A stretch of DNA of 64,000 nt from Rickettsiales bacterium (GTDB lineage Bacteria; Pseudomonadota; Alphaproteobacteria; Rs-D84), in the NCBI GenBank assembly GCA_031283185.1, contig JAITCH010000011.1, positions 69,171 through 133,170 of the forward strand. Reading direction: 5' to 3'. The position numbers were made by a program, and so were the translations under genes. Position 1 is the first letter of the stretch; every line of letters begins with the position of its first letter. Below are positions 8,623 to 16,723 of the stretch, piece by piece. The notes under the pieces were generated by a model. The model was not told where the DNA came from. It saw only the letters and a list, made by a program, of their open reading frames with translations, and searched no databases.

Positions 8623-10818
8623 CTACCTCTTCCCAACACTCACCTGATCGCCAAACCCAGAAATAACACTACCCGCAACTTTGCATTGCACAGACTCAAA
8701 GCCTTTATCCACTTGGTTCGCCTTAACGAAATGGTTCGTCAAAAAACCACCCAAAGCACCAACCGCCACAGCACCGGCGGCATCAAACCCAAGCCGTTTC
8801 CAGTTGGTCTCACCATCCGTCTTTTTCAGCCACGACGCTTTGTCTAATTGAAACGCCGATAGATCCGCCAGGGTCTCCACCTTATCCGTAGTGTCGTCTG
8901 TTTTAGTTTGCTGGTCGTCCTTTTTATCAGGTTCCGGCTGACAAGCGGCTATAATTTTATCTAATTTCTTATCCGCCGCACCTTCTTCTTTCTTAAACTT
9001 TTCCAATGTCTTGCAAGCCTTACAGACCTCTACGATATTATCCGGGAATTGATCTTTAACCGCTTTTATAAATTGATCGCCATCCTTTCCACAGGCTTCA
9101 CGGATCTCGTCGTTCTTCCTCTTTTCTTCGACTGCCTGTTCACAAGCCTGTATCGCCTGTCCAGCATCTGAAATAGTATCCGGCAATTTAATATTCAACT
9201 TCAACGCATCTTTATTACAAACATTGCAAAGTTGTTCGTTTCTTAAAGCATCTTCTTCGGTAATTTGCAAAAATATATTTCTGATTTCTTGTTTCCATTC
9301 ACACTTGAATTTCTCAACAACATTAAAACCCGCATTTGGGTCGCATATTTTCTTTATGGCTAAATTGGCCTGCCAATACTTATTACAAAGCGATTTATTC
9401 TCCGCATTATTTTTATCCAAATCAAAAGTCTTTTCACAAATTACATCTTCCGGGATTGTTGCAGTCTCCTCATTAATTTTTTTCTTAAATTGCTCGCCAT
9501 ACTTGTTTGGACAAAACTTAGCATTCACTACGGCATTTTTAATGAGAGTCTTAGTAAGTTCACTAGGACATTCACCTGCACATTCCGCATTATTAACCCG
9601 GCACCCGGCTACCCCCCGGTCTCTCCAATTCCACCATCCGTCTTTCTGGCAAACCAAGTGTTCACCTGTCTTGCAATTCGCCTGTGCCTGTGGCCATTTA
9701 CCTTCATTCTGCGTATCGGCGGAACTGAATGAATAAACAAATTGCAACGACTCATATTTTTTACCAACCTCACAGCAGAACCAGTTTCCACCATCGTCCC
9801 GCACGCAATTTCCCTTATCTTTTTCTAAATCTTCCAACAATTTTTGCTTATCTTTATCGCAAGATGCATTCGCGGTCAGTTCCAAATTTATTCCGCTTAT
9901 ATCCCATTTTTGTGTAGTGATATTGTCTTTTTTATATTTTTTCACACAGTCATCAAATTTTACATAACACCCCGACCATACACCTCCGGCTATGTTAAAC
10001 ATTTTTTCGCAAGTCCGCACCTGATTATCCGGGCAAAGATTTTCGACTTCATAATTATCTTTTTGGTAATAATACTTTACTTTTGCCTCATCTTCTTTGC
10101 CTTCCTTCTTCAATTTAAGCGATCCGTATTTATCTTTCCCAACTTCACAGCAAGCCCAGTCCTTATCCCATGTTTGTGTGCAGCGTCCTTTGAGCCTGTC
10201 TTGAAAAAATTGATTTTCTAGTTTCTCATCATCAGTCTTCTTGCACCACGACCATCCGCCTTTTTCACAAGTCTTCACTTCGCCCTGTTTGCTGCAAACA
10301 TCAGGACTTTTGCCGCCGGTTTTAAAGTAATGAAATGTCGCAAGGGTATTGTATTCTTCGGTAAAATTACAGCAAAAATACTCTTGACCTACCTTATCAC
10401 ATCTCTTTTTATATTTATCCAAATTAAACTGCCTCATTAACGGCAGTTCGCACTTCGACCATTGTCGATTTCTCTGACAAATGCTATTTTCGCCAGAATT
10501 TCCACAATTTATTGGGTCGCCTGTATTCTTAATGGTAATATCTTTTCCATTTATAATCAATTGATCAACATTGCAGCAAAAGATTTTGTTGTTTATCTCT
10601 TTGCAAGTTTCATCGTTCTTATATTTATTTAATAATTCTTCACTAGTAAGTTTTTTGGGAGCAATTATAGAATCTGGCTCGTGACTAACAAAATCCTGTT
10701 TGTGAGTGGCATTCGCCCGCGCCCCACCCGTCCAAACGGACGCGCACAATAGAACCGCAAAAATTATCTTTGCAGTATGTATAGGTGTGTGTGTGTGTAG
10801 GTTTCTGCGGGTTTTCAT
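8623..10818 (-). CDS. Large secreted cysteine- and tryptophan-rich repeat protein (731 aa from Met at 10818): Sec signal peptide, internal CCxVG / GWxWC-type repeats, C-terminal glycine-zipper hydrophobic segment. No recognisable family.
   Basis: Signal peptide MKTRRNLHTHTPIHTAKIIFAVLLCASVWTGGARA. More than 60 Cys, with recurring FCCNV, WACCEVGKDKYGSL, WFCCEVGKKYESL, CEKGGWSWCKK and CQKDGWWNWRDR units. C-terminal GFDAAGAVAVGALGGFL. A (GT)7 tract sits in the signal-peptide codons. Confidence 0.6.
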   Translation of the reverse strand: MKTRRNLHTHTPIHTAKIIFAVLLCASVWTGGARANATHKQDFVSHEPDSIIAPKKLTSEELLNKYKNDETCKEINNKIFCCNVDQLIINGKDITIKNTGDPINCGNSGENSICQRNRQWSKCELPLMRQFNLDKYKKRCDKVGQEYFCCNFTEEYNTLATFHYFKTGGKSPDVCSKQGEVKTCEKGGWSWCKKTDDEKLENQFFQDRLKGRCTQTWDKDWACCEVGKDKYGSLKLKKEGKEDEAKVKYYYQKDNYEVENLCPDNQVRTCEKMFNIAGGVWSGCYVKFDDCVKKYKKDNITTQKWDISGINLELTANASCDKDKQKLLEDLEKDKGNCVRDDGGNWFCCEVGKKYESLQFVYSFSSADTQNEGKWPQAQANCKTGEHLVCQKDGWWNWRDRGVAGCRVNNAECAGECPSELTKTLIKNAVVNAKFCPNKYGEQFKKKINEETATIPEDVICEKTFDLDKNNAENKSLCNKYWQANLAIKKICDPNAGFNVVEKFKCEWKQEIRNIFLQITEEDALRNEQLCNVCNKDALKLNIKLPDTISDAGQAIQACEQAVEEKRKNDEIREACGKDGDQFIKAVKDQFPDNIVEVCKACKTLEKFKKEEGAADKKLDKIIAACQPEPDKKDDQQTKTDDTTDKVETLADLSAFQLDKASWLKKTDGETNWKRLGFDAAGAVAVGALGGFLTNHFVKANQVDKGFESVQCKVAGSVISGFGDQVSVGKR

Positions 10819-10904
10819 AAGGTTTATTATATCACATCCAGTCCTATTTTGGAAAAACAAATCTGCCCCCACGAAACAGCATTTTATCTTGACAAATTAA
10901 TTAT

Positions 10905-11396
10905 TTGATTCATAATCGCTATGAAGAAACCATATCAAGGACTAAAATTATGGAAAATACACAACAGATTAACTCTGGCGTTAATGGCGCAAAACCGGGC
11001 AAAATCGCACTGGGGGGGGCATCCGTTATGCCAAAATTCGTAATGCCGAAAATGGACGCCATTACATTCGCCCGTTCGGACGAAATTACAAAGGAAATTA
11101 TGACCAAAGCAGTCAAAATGCAATTATTGCTCGCGGTGAATTCAGACCCTGTTTGCAGTATTTTCAATTATGACCCGTCAACGACCTGTGTAGATGAATC
11201 TGATTATAACCGCTTTATAAACCTGAACGAAGCCATTATAAAAACGGCAGAGGCCCCCTATATCATAGAACTGGCATTGGAATATGACAGAAAAAAGGAA
11301 GATTTAGAGGCGCATAATGTGCCGGATTTGCCGTATAGACCCGATATGCTTGACGCTTATGTTCATAGAAATAAACAGAAAACCCGGGGCAGATAA
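10905..11396 (+). CDS. Hypothetical protein (163 aa; alternative start at MENTQQ around 10950), divergent from the Cys-rich gene
   Basis: ORF with coding-like composition, no recognisable motif; translationally coupled to the next ORF through a TAAnATG junction. Confidence 0.35.
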   Translation: MIHNRYEETISRTKIMENTQQINSGVNGAKPGKIALGGASVMPKFVMPKMDAITFARSDEITKEIMTKAVKMQLLLAVNSDPVCSIFNYDPSTTCVDESDYNRFINLNEAIIKTAEAPYIIELALEYDRKKEDLEAHNVPDLPYRPDMLDAYVHRNKQKTRGR

Positions 11397-11397
11397 T

Positions 11398-11598
11398 ATG
11401 TATGACGAAATAGATATTAAGTGCGGTAATTATGAAAGCAATGGTGTGGGCCAAAAAGTTTTTGTTTATGCCCATCAATATCCCACGACAAGACCTGAAC
11501 CGCGAACCATAACCCTTTGTAGCGATACGGAGATTATGAAAGTAGTTCTGGATGAGGCAGGAATCGTGAATATTTTAAGAATGGCAAGGGTAAGATAA
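11398..11598 (+). CDS. Hypothetical small protein (66 aa, MYDEIDIKCGNYESNGVGQKVFVYAHQYPTTRPEP...)
   Basis: ATG one nucleotide after the upstream stop; no known motif. Confidence 0.3.
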   Translation: MYDEIDIKCGNYESNGVGQKVFVYAHQYPTTRPEPRTITLCSDTEIMKVVLDEAGIVNILRMARVR

Positions 11599-11653
11599 AA
11601 GTTAAAGATAGAAGGGATTTGCCCTCTGGCCTTTTGATTTGCCGGGGCAAATC

Positions 11654-11850
11654 CCACCAAACCTATTAATATCGTGCAAAAAAACAATAATAAATAAACT
11701 CAAAACCCGTTAGGGGAATCGCAACGCCGCGATAGGTCGTCCAATACCAAGGAAACCCGACCTGCGGTGGACTGGATGTCCATAATGTGTCGGGTTTCCG
11801 AAGTGTAGTGGGCGAAAATATCGCGGCGGGATGAAAAATTCCCCTTACGG
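11654..11850 (-). repeat. Family B ~160-bp structured intergenic element, copy in reverse orientation, with a variant core hairpin ggaaacccgac/gtcgggtttcc
   Basis: Reverse complement of the conserved flanks tttttcatcccgccgcg...ggtattgg...ttttttgcacgatat. Core stem sequence differs from other copies but stays paired. Confidence 0.65.
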
Positions 11851-11861
11851 GTTTTGTCCGC

Positions 11862-12275
11862 TTATCTTTCTTGTTTCTCTTTTGCCTCTTGTTCTGCTAT
11901 GGTGATGCGGGCAATCGGTCGAACCATAAGCCGCTTTAATCCAATCTCATCCCCGGATATTTCAGAATATCCATAAGTCCCGTCTTCCAATCTTTTCAAT
12001 GCCGCGTCTATGAACTGGATCATATTACTATCGCGGTTAGCGATTTTGATTTCCATATTAAGAGTCATATCTTTATCGGCGGCGTCTTCCAAATCGCCCG
12101 GCGCATCGTCATTATCGCGCATAGTATTGCGAAGTTCAGATTCTTCCTCAATTAATTCCGCTTTTTCAGCATTAAGAAGTTGATAAAAATACGCCTTTTG
12201 CTCCAAGCACATATATGGCTCTGTTAATCTCGGCTTATATCCGGGCTCTAATGCAAGTGTTTTGTAGTCGTCCAT
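11862..12275 (-). CDS. dksA: DksA-family RNA-polymerase-binding transcription factor, cysteine-free (no C4 zinc finger)
   Basis: Coiled-coil with acidic tip GDLEDAADKD. C-terminal GYSEISGDEIGLKRLMVRPIARITIAEQE aligns with the E. coli GYCESCGVEIG...ADLCIDCKT zinc-finger region, with all four Cys substituted. Confidence 0.65.
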   Translation of the reverse strand: MDDYKTLALEPGYKPRLTEPYMCLEQKAYFYQLLNAEKAELIEEESELRNTMRDNDDAPGDLEDAADKDMTLNMEIKIANRDSNMIQFIDAALKRLEDGTYGYSEISGDEIGLKRLMVRPIARITIAEQEAKEKQER

Positions 12276-12299
12276 AAGTCGCTCCTTTTTATTGGTTGT

Positions 12300-12611
12300 T
12301 TATTTATTAAATGCCTCGGCAAAAAATGCCTCTAAACTGGCGGGATCCATCGCGCCGGAACGCGCGATTTTGAGTTCGCCGTTCTGAAACGCCATAAGCG
12401 TAGGAACCGAACGGATACCGAATTTTTGGGCAATGCCGGGGGCTGTATCTACATCAACTTTGAAAAACGAAATGTCCTGATGGATTTCCGAGGCCGCCTC
12501 GATTATCGGCATAAACATTTTACAAGGTCCGCACCACGGAGCCCAACAATCAACGATTGCATTGCCGCTTGCGATTGATTCTTGAAAATTTGCTTCGGTT
12601 AATTCTCTCAT
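12300..12611 (-). CDS. trxA: Thioredoxin
   Basis: WAPWCGPCKMF active site, 103 aa. Confidence 0.9.
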   Translation of the reverse strand: MRELTEANFQESIASGNAIVDCWAPWCGPCKMFMPIIEAASEIHQDISFFKVDVDTAPGIAQKFGIRSVPTLMAFQNGELKIARSGAMDPASLEAFFAEAFNK

Positions 12612-12699
12612 ATCTTAAACCTCTTGTGTTTTGGCGAACCTGCCCTTATAATGGACAAACAATATGACACCGCGCTTTCATTAGGTCAAGGATTAATAA

Positions 12700-13797
12700 A
12701 TGAAAAATGATTTTGCTGAAATTTCGGGAATTTATGCGGATTCTGCCGCTTCGGCGTTAAAGCCAGAGGTTGTAATCGCCGCGGAATTGGACTTTATTAG
12801 GAATCATTATGCAAATGCGGGGCGCGGAATATGTCGCCGGGCAGAGGCGTCAGACGCCGTGGTTGCGCGGGCGCGGGCGGCGACTGCCGAGTTTATGGGC
12901 GCGGCAGGCGCGGATAATATCATCTTTACCCACGGGGCAAGCGAAGGCCTGAACAGGGTTGCGAATATGCTGAATTTGAGCCCGGACGATGTGGTTATTG
13001 CATCAGATTTGGACCACCATTCTGCGCGCTTGCCGTTTATGATGCGGGCAAGGGTGGAACCTTGCGCGTTGGATAAAGATTTCAATTTGGATGCCGAATG
13101 GCTGCGGGCGCGTTGCGCGCGTGGAGATGTTCGGGCAGTGGTCATAACTGCAATGTCAAATGTTCTTGGGATGCCGCAGGATGTGAAGAAACTGGTGGTG
13201 GCGGCGCAGGGGGCATTTACTTTGGTTGATGCGGCGCAATATGCCGCGCATTCGGATATTGATGTGGCGGATTGGGGCGCGGATGCGGTGGCGTTTTCAG
13301 CGCATAAAGTTTATGGCGGAACGGGGTTGGGCGTTTTATATCTGAAAAATCCATCTGCATTAAAGTCGGATATGATCGGCGGCGGAAGTATCGCCTGGGT
13401 GGATGGTGATAAATGGGAACCGGCGGCGAGCGCGGCTCGGTTCGAGGCTGGAACATTGCCATTGGTGCAGTTGGCGGGTTGGCCGATTGCAATGGAATAT
13501 GCGAAGAAAAACAGCGTTCATAATTTGACAGAACGGCTGCGGGCGGGGCTGGCGGAAATTCCAAATGTGCGGATTATTTCACCGAATGGTGCGGCATTGA
13601 CCACGATTTATCACGAGAAAACTCACGCGCTTGATTTAGGGTCGCGGCTGGGCGCAAAGGGGATTTGCTGCCGCGCAGGCACTATGTGCGCCAGTTGGAT
13701 TCATAAAAAATTGGCATTGCCCGCAACGCTGCGCTTTTCACTTGGCGCGTGGAATGATGACGCGGATGTTGATGCTATTTTAGAGGCTTTGCAATGA
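12700..13797 (+). CDS. sufS: Class V aminotransferase / cysteine desulfurase (SufS-like)
   Basis: PLP-lysine context FSAHKVYGG; catalytic-Cys loop CRAGTMCAS; followed by the sufT and sufE homologs. Confidence 0.6.
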   Translation: MKNDFAEISGIYADSAASALKPEVVIAAELDFIRNHYANAGRGICRRAEASDAVVARARAATAEFMGAAGADNIIFTHGASEGLNRVANMLNLSPDDVVIASDLDHHSARLPFMMRARVEPCALDKDFNLDAEWLRARCARGDVRAVVITAMSNVLGMPQDVKKLVVAAQGAFTLVDAAQYAAHSDIDVADWGADAVAFSAHKVYGGTGLGVLYLKNPSALKSDMIGGGSIAWVDGDKWEPAASAARFEAGTLPLVQLAGWPIAMEYAKKNSVHNLTERLRAGLAEIPNVRIISPNGAALTTIYHEKTHALDLGSRLGAKGICCRAGTMCASWIHKKLALPATLRFSLGAWNDDADVDAILEALQ

Positions 13798-14102
13798 CCG
13801 AACTAGACATCATTAATGCCATCAAAAATGTATATGACCCGGAAATTCCCGTGAATGTTTATGACCTGGGATTGATATATAAAATTGATATTAATGGTGC
13901 GAATGTGAATGTTGATATGACGCTTACTTCGCCGTCTTGTCCAATGGCGGAAGAGATTCCAGTAATGGTGCGGATGGCGGTGCTGGGGGTCAAGGGAGTA
14001 GATAAAGCGGATGTGAAAATTGTATGGGAACCGGCTTGGAATCTTGATATGATGTCGGACGAGGCAAGGTTTCAACTGGATCTGAGCAAAGAGGGCTGGT
14101 AG
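13794..14102 (+). CDS. sufT: Fe-S assembly SufT / DUF59 (MIP18-family) protein
   Basis: IKNVYDPEIPVNVYDLGLIY...TLTSPSCPMAEEI conserved DUF59 block; 4-nt overlap with sufS. Confidence 0.7.
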   Translation: MTELDIINAIKNVYDPEIPVNVYDLGLIYKIDINGANVNVDMTLTSPSCPMAEEIPVMVRMAVLGVKGVDKADVKIVWEPAWNLDMMSDEARFQLDLSKEGW

Positions 14103-14104
14103 AA

Positions 14105-14233
14105 AATTCCCCTCCCCGGGAGGGGTGCCCGAAGGGTGGGGTGGGCAATGAGCATAGTCAAAATGCAGAGCCTGTGATTAATGGTAGACCCACCTCGGCG
14201 GCTACGCCGCCACTCCTCCATTGGAGGAGAATT
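14105..14233. mobile_element. RPE-like palindromic element, family A copy 3, inserted between sufT and sufE (inside the operon)
   Basis: aattcccctccccgggaggggtgcccgaagggtggggtgggc ... ctcctccattggaggagaatt. Confidence 0.7.
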
Positions 14234-14246
14234 AAAAGGATGTATT

Positions 14247-14627
14247 ATGGAAAAGTTTGAGAATATAAAAGAGATTGCGGCCGAGATGCCGGATGATGAA
14301 GCGCGCTTGGAATATGTTATGGAACTCGGCGAAAATCTGCCACCTATTCCGGCGGGCCGCGTTGGCATAGAGGTCAAGGGCTGTTCTTCGCGCGTGCATA
14401 TTTACAGCGAACAGGGCGATGATGGCCGGATGAAATTCTATGCGTCCGCAGATTCGCGTATGGTGGGTGGCCTTGTGCATTGTATGTTAAGTTTGGCAGA
14501 CGGCAAAACCCGCGATGAAATCAAAGGTATTGATTTTAAGATGTCCGTTGGACGATTGGGCTTTCCAATCGGCGCAAGCCGTCTGATCGGTATGGAAGCA
14601 GTGGAGAAGTTGTTAAAGGGGGAATAA
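14247..14627 (+). CDS. sufE: Cysteine desulfuration protein SufE
   Basis: Conserved VKGCSSRVHIY (SufE active-site Cys motif). The ORF-track start at 14181 lies inside the repeat; the real start is most likely MEKFENIKE at 14247. Confidence 0.7.
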   Translation: MEKFENIKEIAAEMPDDEARLEYVMELGENLPPIPAGRVGIEVKGCSSRVHIYSEQGDDGRMKFYASADSRMVGGLVHCMLSLADGKTRDEIKGIDFKMSVGRLGFPIGASRLIGMEAVEKLLKGE

Positions 14628-14903
14628 ATGGAACCGGGGAAGAGATTATTATGGTTTATGATTTTGCTGCTGATGGGGATGGTTTCGCTATCACTCATTC
14701 TGCAATCATTTGCGGCGAAAACTAATAGCCAACTTCGCGCGAAAAATGTGGAAAGTATGAATCTTGACCGGGAATTGGCAGAGGCAAAAAATCAGTTTTC
14801 GGCATTGGTGCATATAGATGTCTTGCGATCCGCCGGGGCGGAAATCTTTCCAAAGCACAAGACGATAAAATTCGGCGGCAAGGTCGGCGCAGGAGAATTA
14901 TAA
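14628..14903 (+). CDS. ftsL: FtsL-like cell-division protein (single TM, coiled-coil), immediately upstream of ftsI
   Basis: 91 aa, N-terminal TM LLWFMILLLMGMVSLSLIL; position upstream of PBP3. Confidence 0.45.
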   Translation: MEPGKRLLWFMILLLMGMVSLSLILQSFAAKTNSQLRAKNVESMNLDRELAEAKNQFSALVHIDVLRSAGAEIFPKHKTIKFGGKVGAGEL

Positions 14904-14913
14904 AAGCGAAAAA

Positions 14914-16509
14914 ATGTTTGAGGTAGGCAGCGATGCGATTTTATCAATTAAAAGCGGAATGAAAAAAAATGATTTCCGCGTGGATTTCGCGCGCATAGTT
15001 TTACTTGTCCTATTCTTTATATTCTCAATCCGTATCGTGCAACTTGGTTTAGAATCGCCAAATGCAAAACGGCGCAGTGTGGGGAATGCCGCTTGGCAGA
15101 CGCTTAGGGCGGATATAGTTGACAGGAATGGCGAATTATTGTCCGGAACTGCGCCTGGATTTTTCATCAAAATCTATCCTGGGCGCATAAAGGATTTGGC
15201 CGCAACGAAAGAGGTTTTAGAAAAAATTTACCCCGGGTTTGACGCGTCATTAGTGGAATCGAAAAAGACCGCGCTTTATCTTAATTATATCCCTCTGGGC
15301 CCGACAGATCCGGCGGTTTTGGCGGCGCGTGAAATTCATCAAAACTGGTTGGATTTGGAAGAGCGGCGCATCCGGCAATATGCGAAAAAGAGAATCTCCG
15401 CGCATATATTGGGCTTTGTCGGCAAGGACGGGGCGGGGTTGGAGGGCGCGGAAAAGTTCTTTGACGCACGGCTGAAATCTTCGGCGGAACCAGTCGCGCT
15501 TTCCATAGATTCGCGGATTCAATCATTGCTTTATCAAGAATTGTCGGATGCTAAAAATAAATATCATGCGAATTTTGCCGCCGGAATTCTAATGGATTCT
15601 ACAACCGGTGAAATTATCGCCGCCGCGCAGGTTCCAGACTTTGATCCGAATGACGCAGGATCGTCCCGCGCAGCCGACAGACAATTTATTCCGATGCGGA
15701 GCGTGTTTGAGATTGGAAGTATTTTCAAGATTTTTAATACCTTGCTCGCGCTTAAAACCGACCCGAATGCAAAAAAGAAATACGATGTGTCAAAGCCCGT
15801 GCAGATTGGCGCGGCAACCATTCACGATAAAAGTTCCCATAGCAAAACCAACTTTATGAATGTAGAAGATATTATGGTGCATTCTTCTAATATAGGTTCG
15901 GCGCGCGTGGCGTTGGCGCAGCCCGCAGGCGTGCAGGCGGAGTTTTTTAGAGAACTCGGACTTTATACGCCGCTGAATGTGGATGGCTTGGGTCGGACGG
16001 CAGTCTGGCCGGAAAGGAAAAATCCTCAGCCGATAGAGGTGGCAAATATGGCGTTCGGCCACGGCATTTCTGTATCAATGATGAATCTAATCGCGGCGGT
16101 AAATGGCGTGGCGAACGGAGGGGTTTTTGTGCAGCCTAGACTTACCAAGGCTATGGCAGGCGAAGGGATTGAAGGTCGGCGCGTGGTATCGGCGGACGCT
16201 TCTAAAACTTTGCGCCGAATGATGCTGCGGGTGTCAGAGGAAACCACAGGCAAGTTAGCGCGAGTCGGCGGGATTGATATAGCTTCAAAAACTGCGACTG
16301 CGGAAAAATTGGTCGGCGGGCGATATTCGGACACAAAGAATCTGAATAGTTTTGTTGCTGTGTTTCCCGTGGAATATCCGCGATATATTTTATTGATTAC
16401 GATTGACGAGCCGCAAGCGATAGATGGCGGCGGGCGGACATCTGCGTTTAATGCGGTGCCGGTTGCTGGGCGTGTTTTAGATGTCGCCGTCCCCTTGTTG
16501 ATGAAATGA
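14914..16509 (+). CDS. ftsI: Peptidoglycan D,D-transpeptidase FtsI (PBP3)
   Basis: SxxK (SIFK), SSN (HSSNIG) and KT(A)T motifs; PBP dimerisation domain; 531 aa. Confidence 0.8.
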   Translation: MFEVGSDAILSIKSGMKKNDFRVDFARIVLLVLFFIFSIRIVQLGLESPNAKRRSVGNAAWQTLRADIVDRNGELLSGTAPGFFIKIYPGRIKDLAATKEVLEKIYPGFDASLVESKKTALYLNYIPLGPTDPAVLAAREIHQNWLDLEERRIRQYAKKRISAHILGFVGKDGAGLEGAEKFFDARLKSSAEPVALSIDSRIQSLLYQELSDAKNKYHANFAAGILMDSTTGEIIAAAQVPDFDPNDAGSSRAADRQFIPMRSVFEIGSIFKIFNTLLALKTDPNAKKKYDVSKPVQIGAATIHDKSSHSKTNFMNVEDIMVHSSNIGSARVALAQPAGVQAEFFRELGLYTPLNVDGLGRTAVWPERKNPQPIEVANMAFGHGISVSMMNLIAAVNGVANGGVFVQPRLTKAMAGEGIEGRRVVSADASKTLRRMMLRVSEETTGKLARVGGIDIASKTATAEKLVGGRYSDTKNLNSFVAVFPVEYPRYILLITIDEPQAIDGGGRTSAFNAVPVAGRVLDVAVPLLMK

Positions 16510-16664
16510 CAAAAAACATAACCTCGGTTTTTCGTTTGTTGTCTATAACGGCTACTAACTTCGGAACGGCAGGGAAACTTATGGGCGGATAGCCCACCGC
16601 GCCCTGCCGTTCCTGGTTATTATCCGTTCTATCCTAACAAACGCGACCTCGTTAATGTTTTTTG
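16507..16664 (+). repeat. Family B structured intergenic element starting on the ftsI stop codon; core stem ggaacggcaggg/ccctgccgttcc
   Basis: tgacaaaaaacataa...ttcggaacggcagggaaacttatgggcggatagcccaccgcgccctgccgttcc...gttctatcctaacaaacgcg...ttttttg. Confidence 0.7.
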
Positions 16665-16723
16665 AGTTTATTTATTATTGTTTTTTGCACGATATTAAAA
16701 TACCCCGCCCGTGCGGGGGATTT

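Noticed and set aside
13217-13564. Proline/arginine-rich 115-aa minus-strand ORF inside sufS
   Set aside because: Antisense to a confident PLP enzyme gene; composition is typical of a GC-rich antisense frame.
14181-14246. N-terminal extensions of sufE (from 14181), dnaG (from 55718) and gltX (from 2072) suggested by the ORF track
   Set aside because: The extensions are encoded by repeat-element sequence or lack homology to the protein family; conserved N-termini begin at internal Met codons (14247, 55772, probably 1982).
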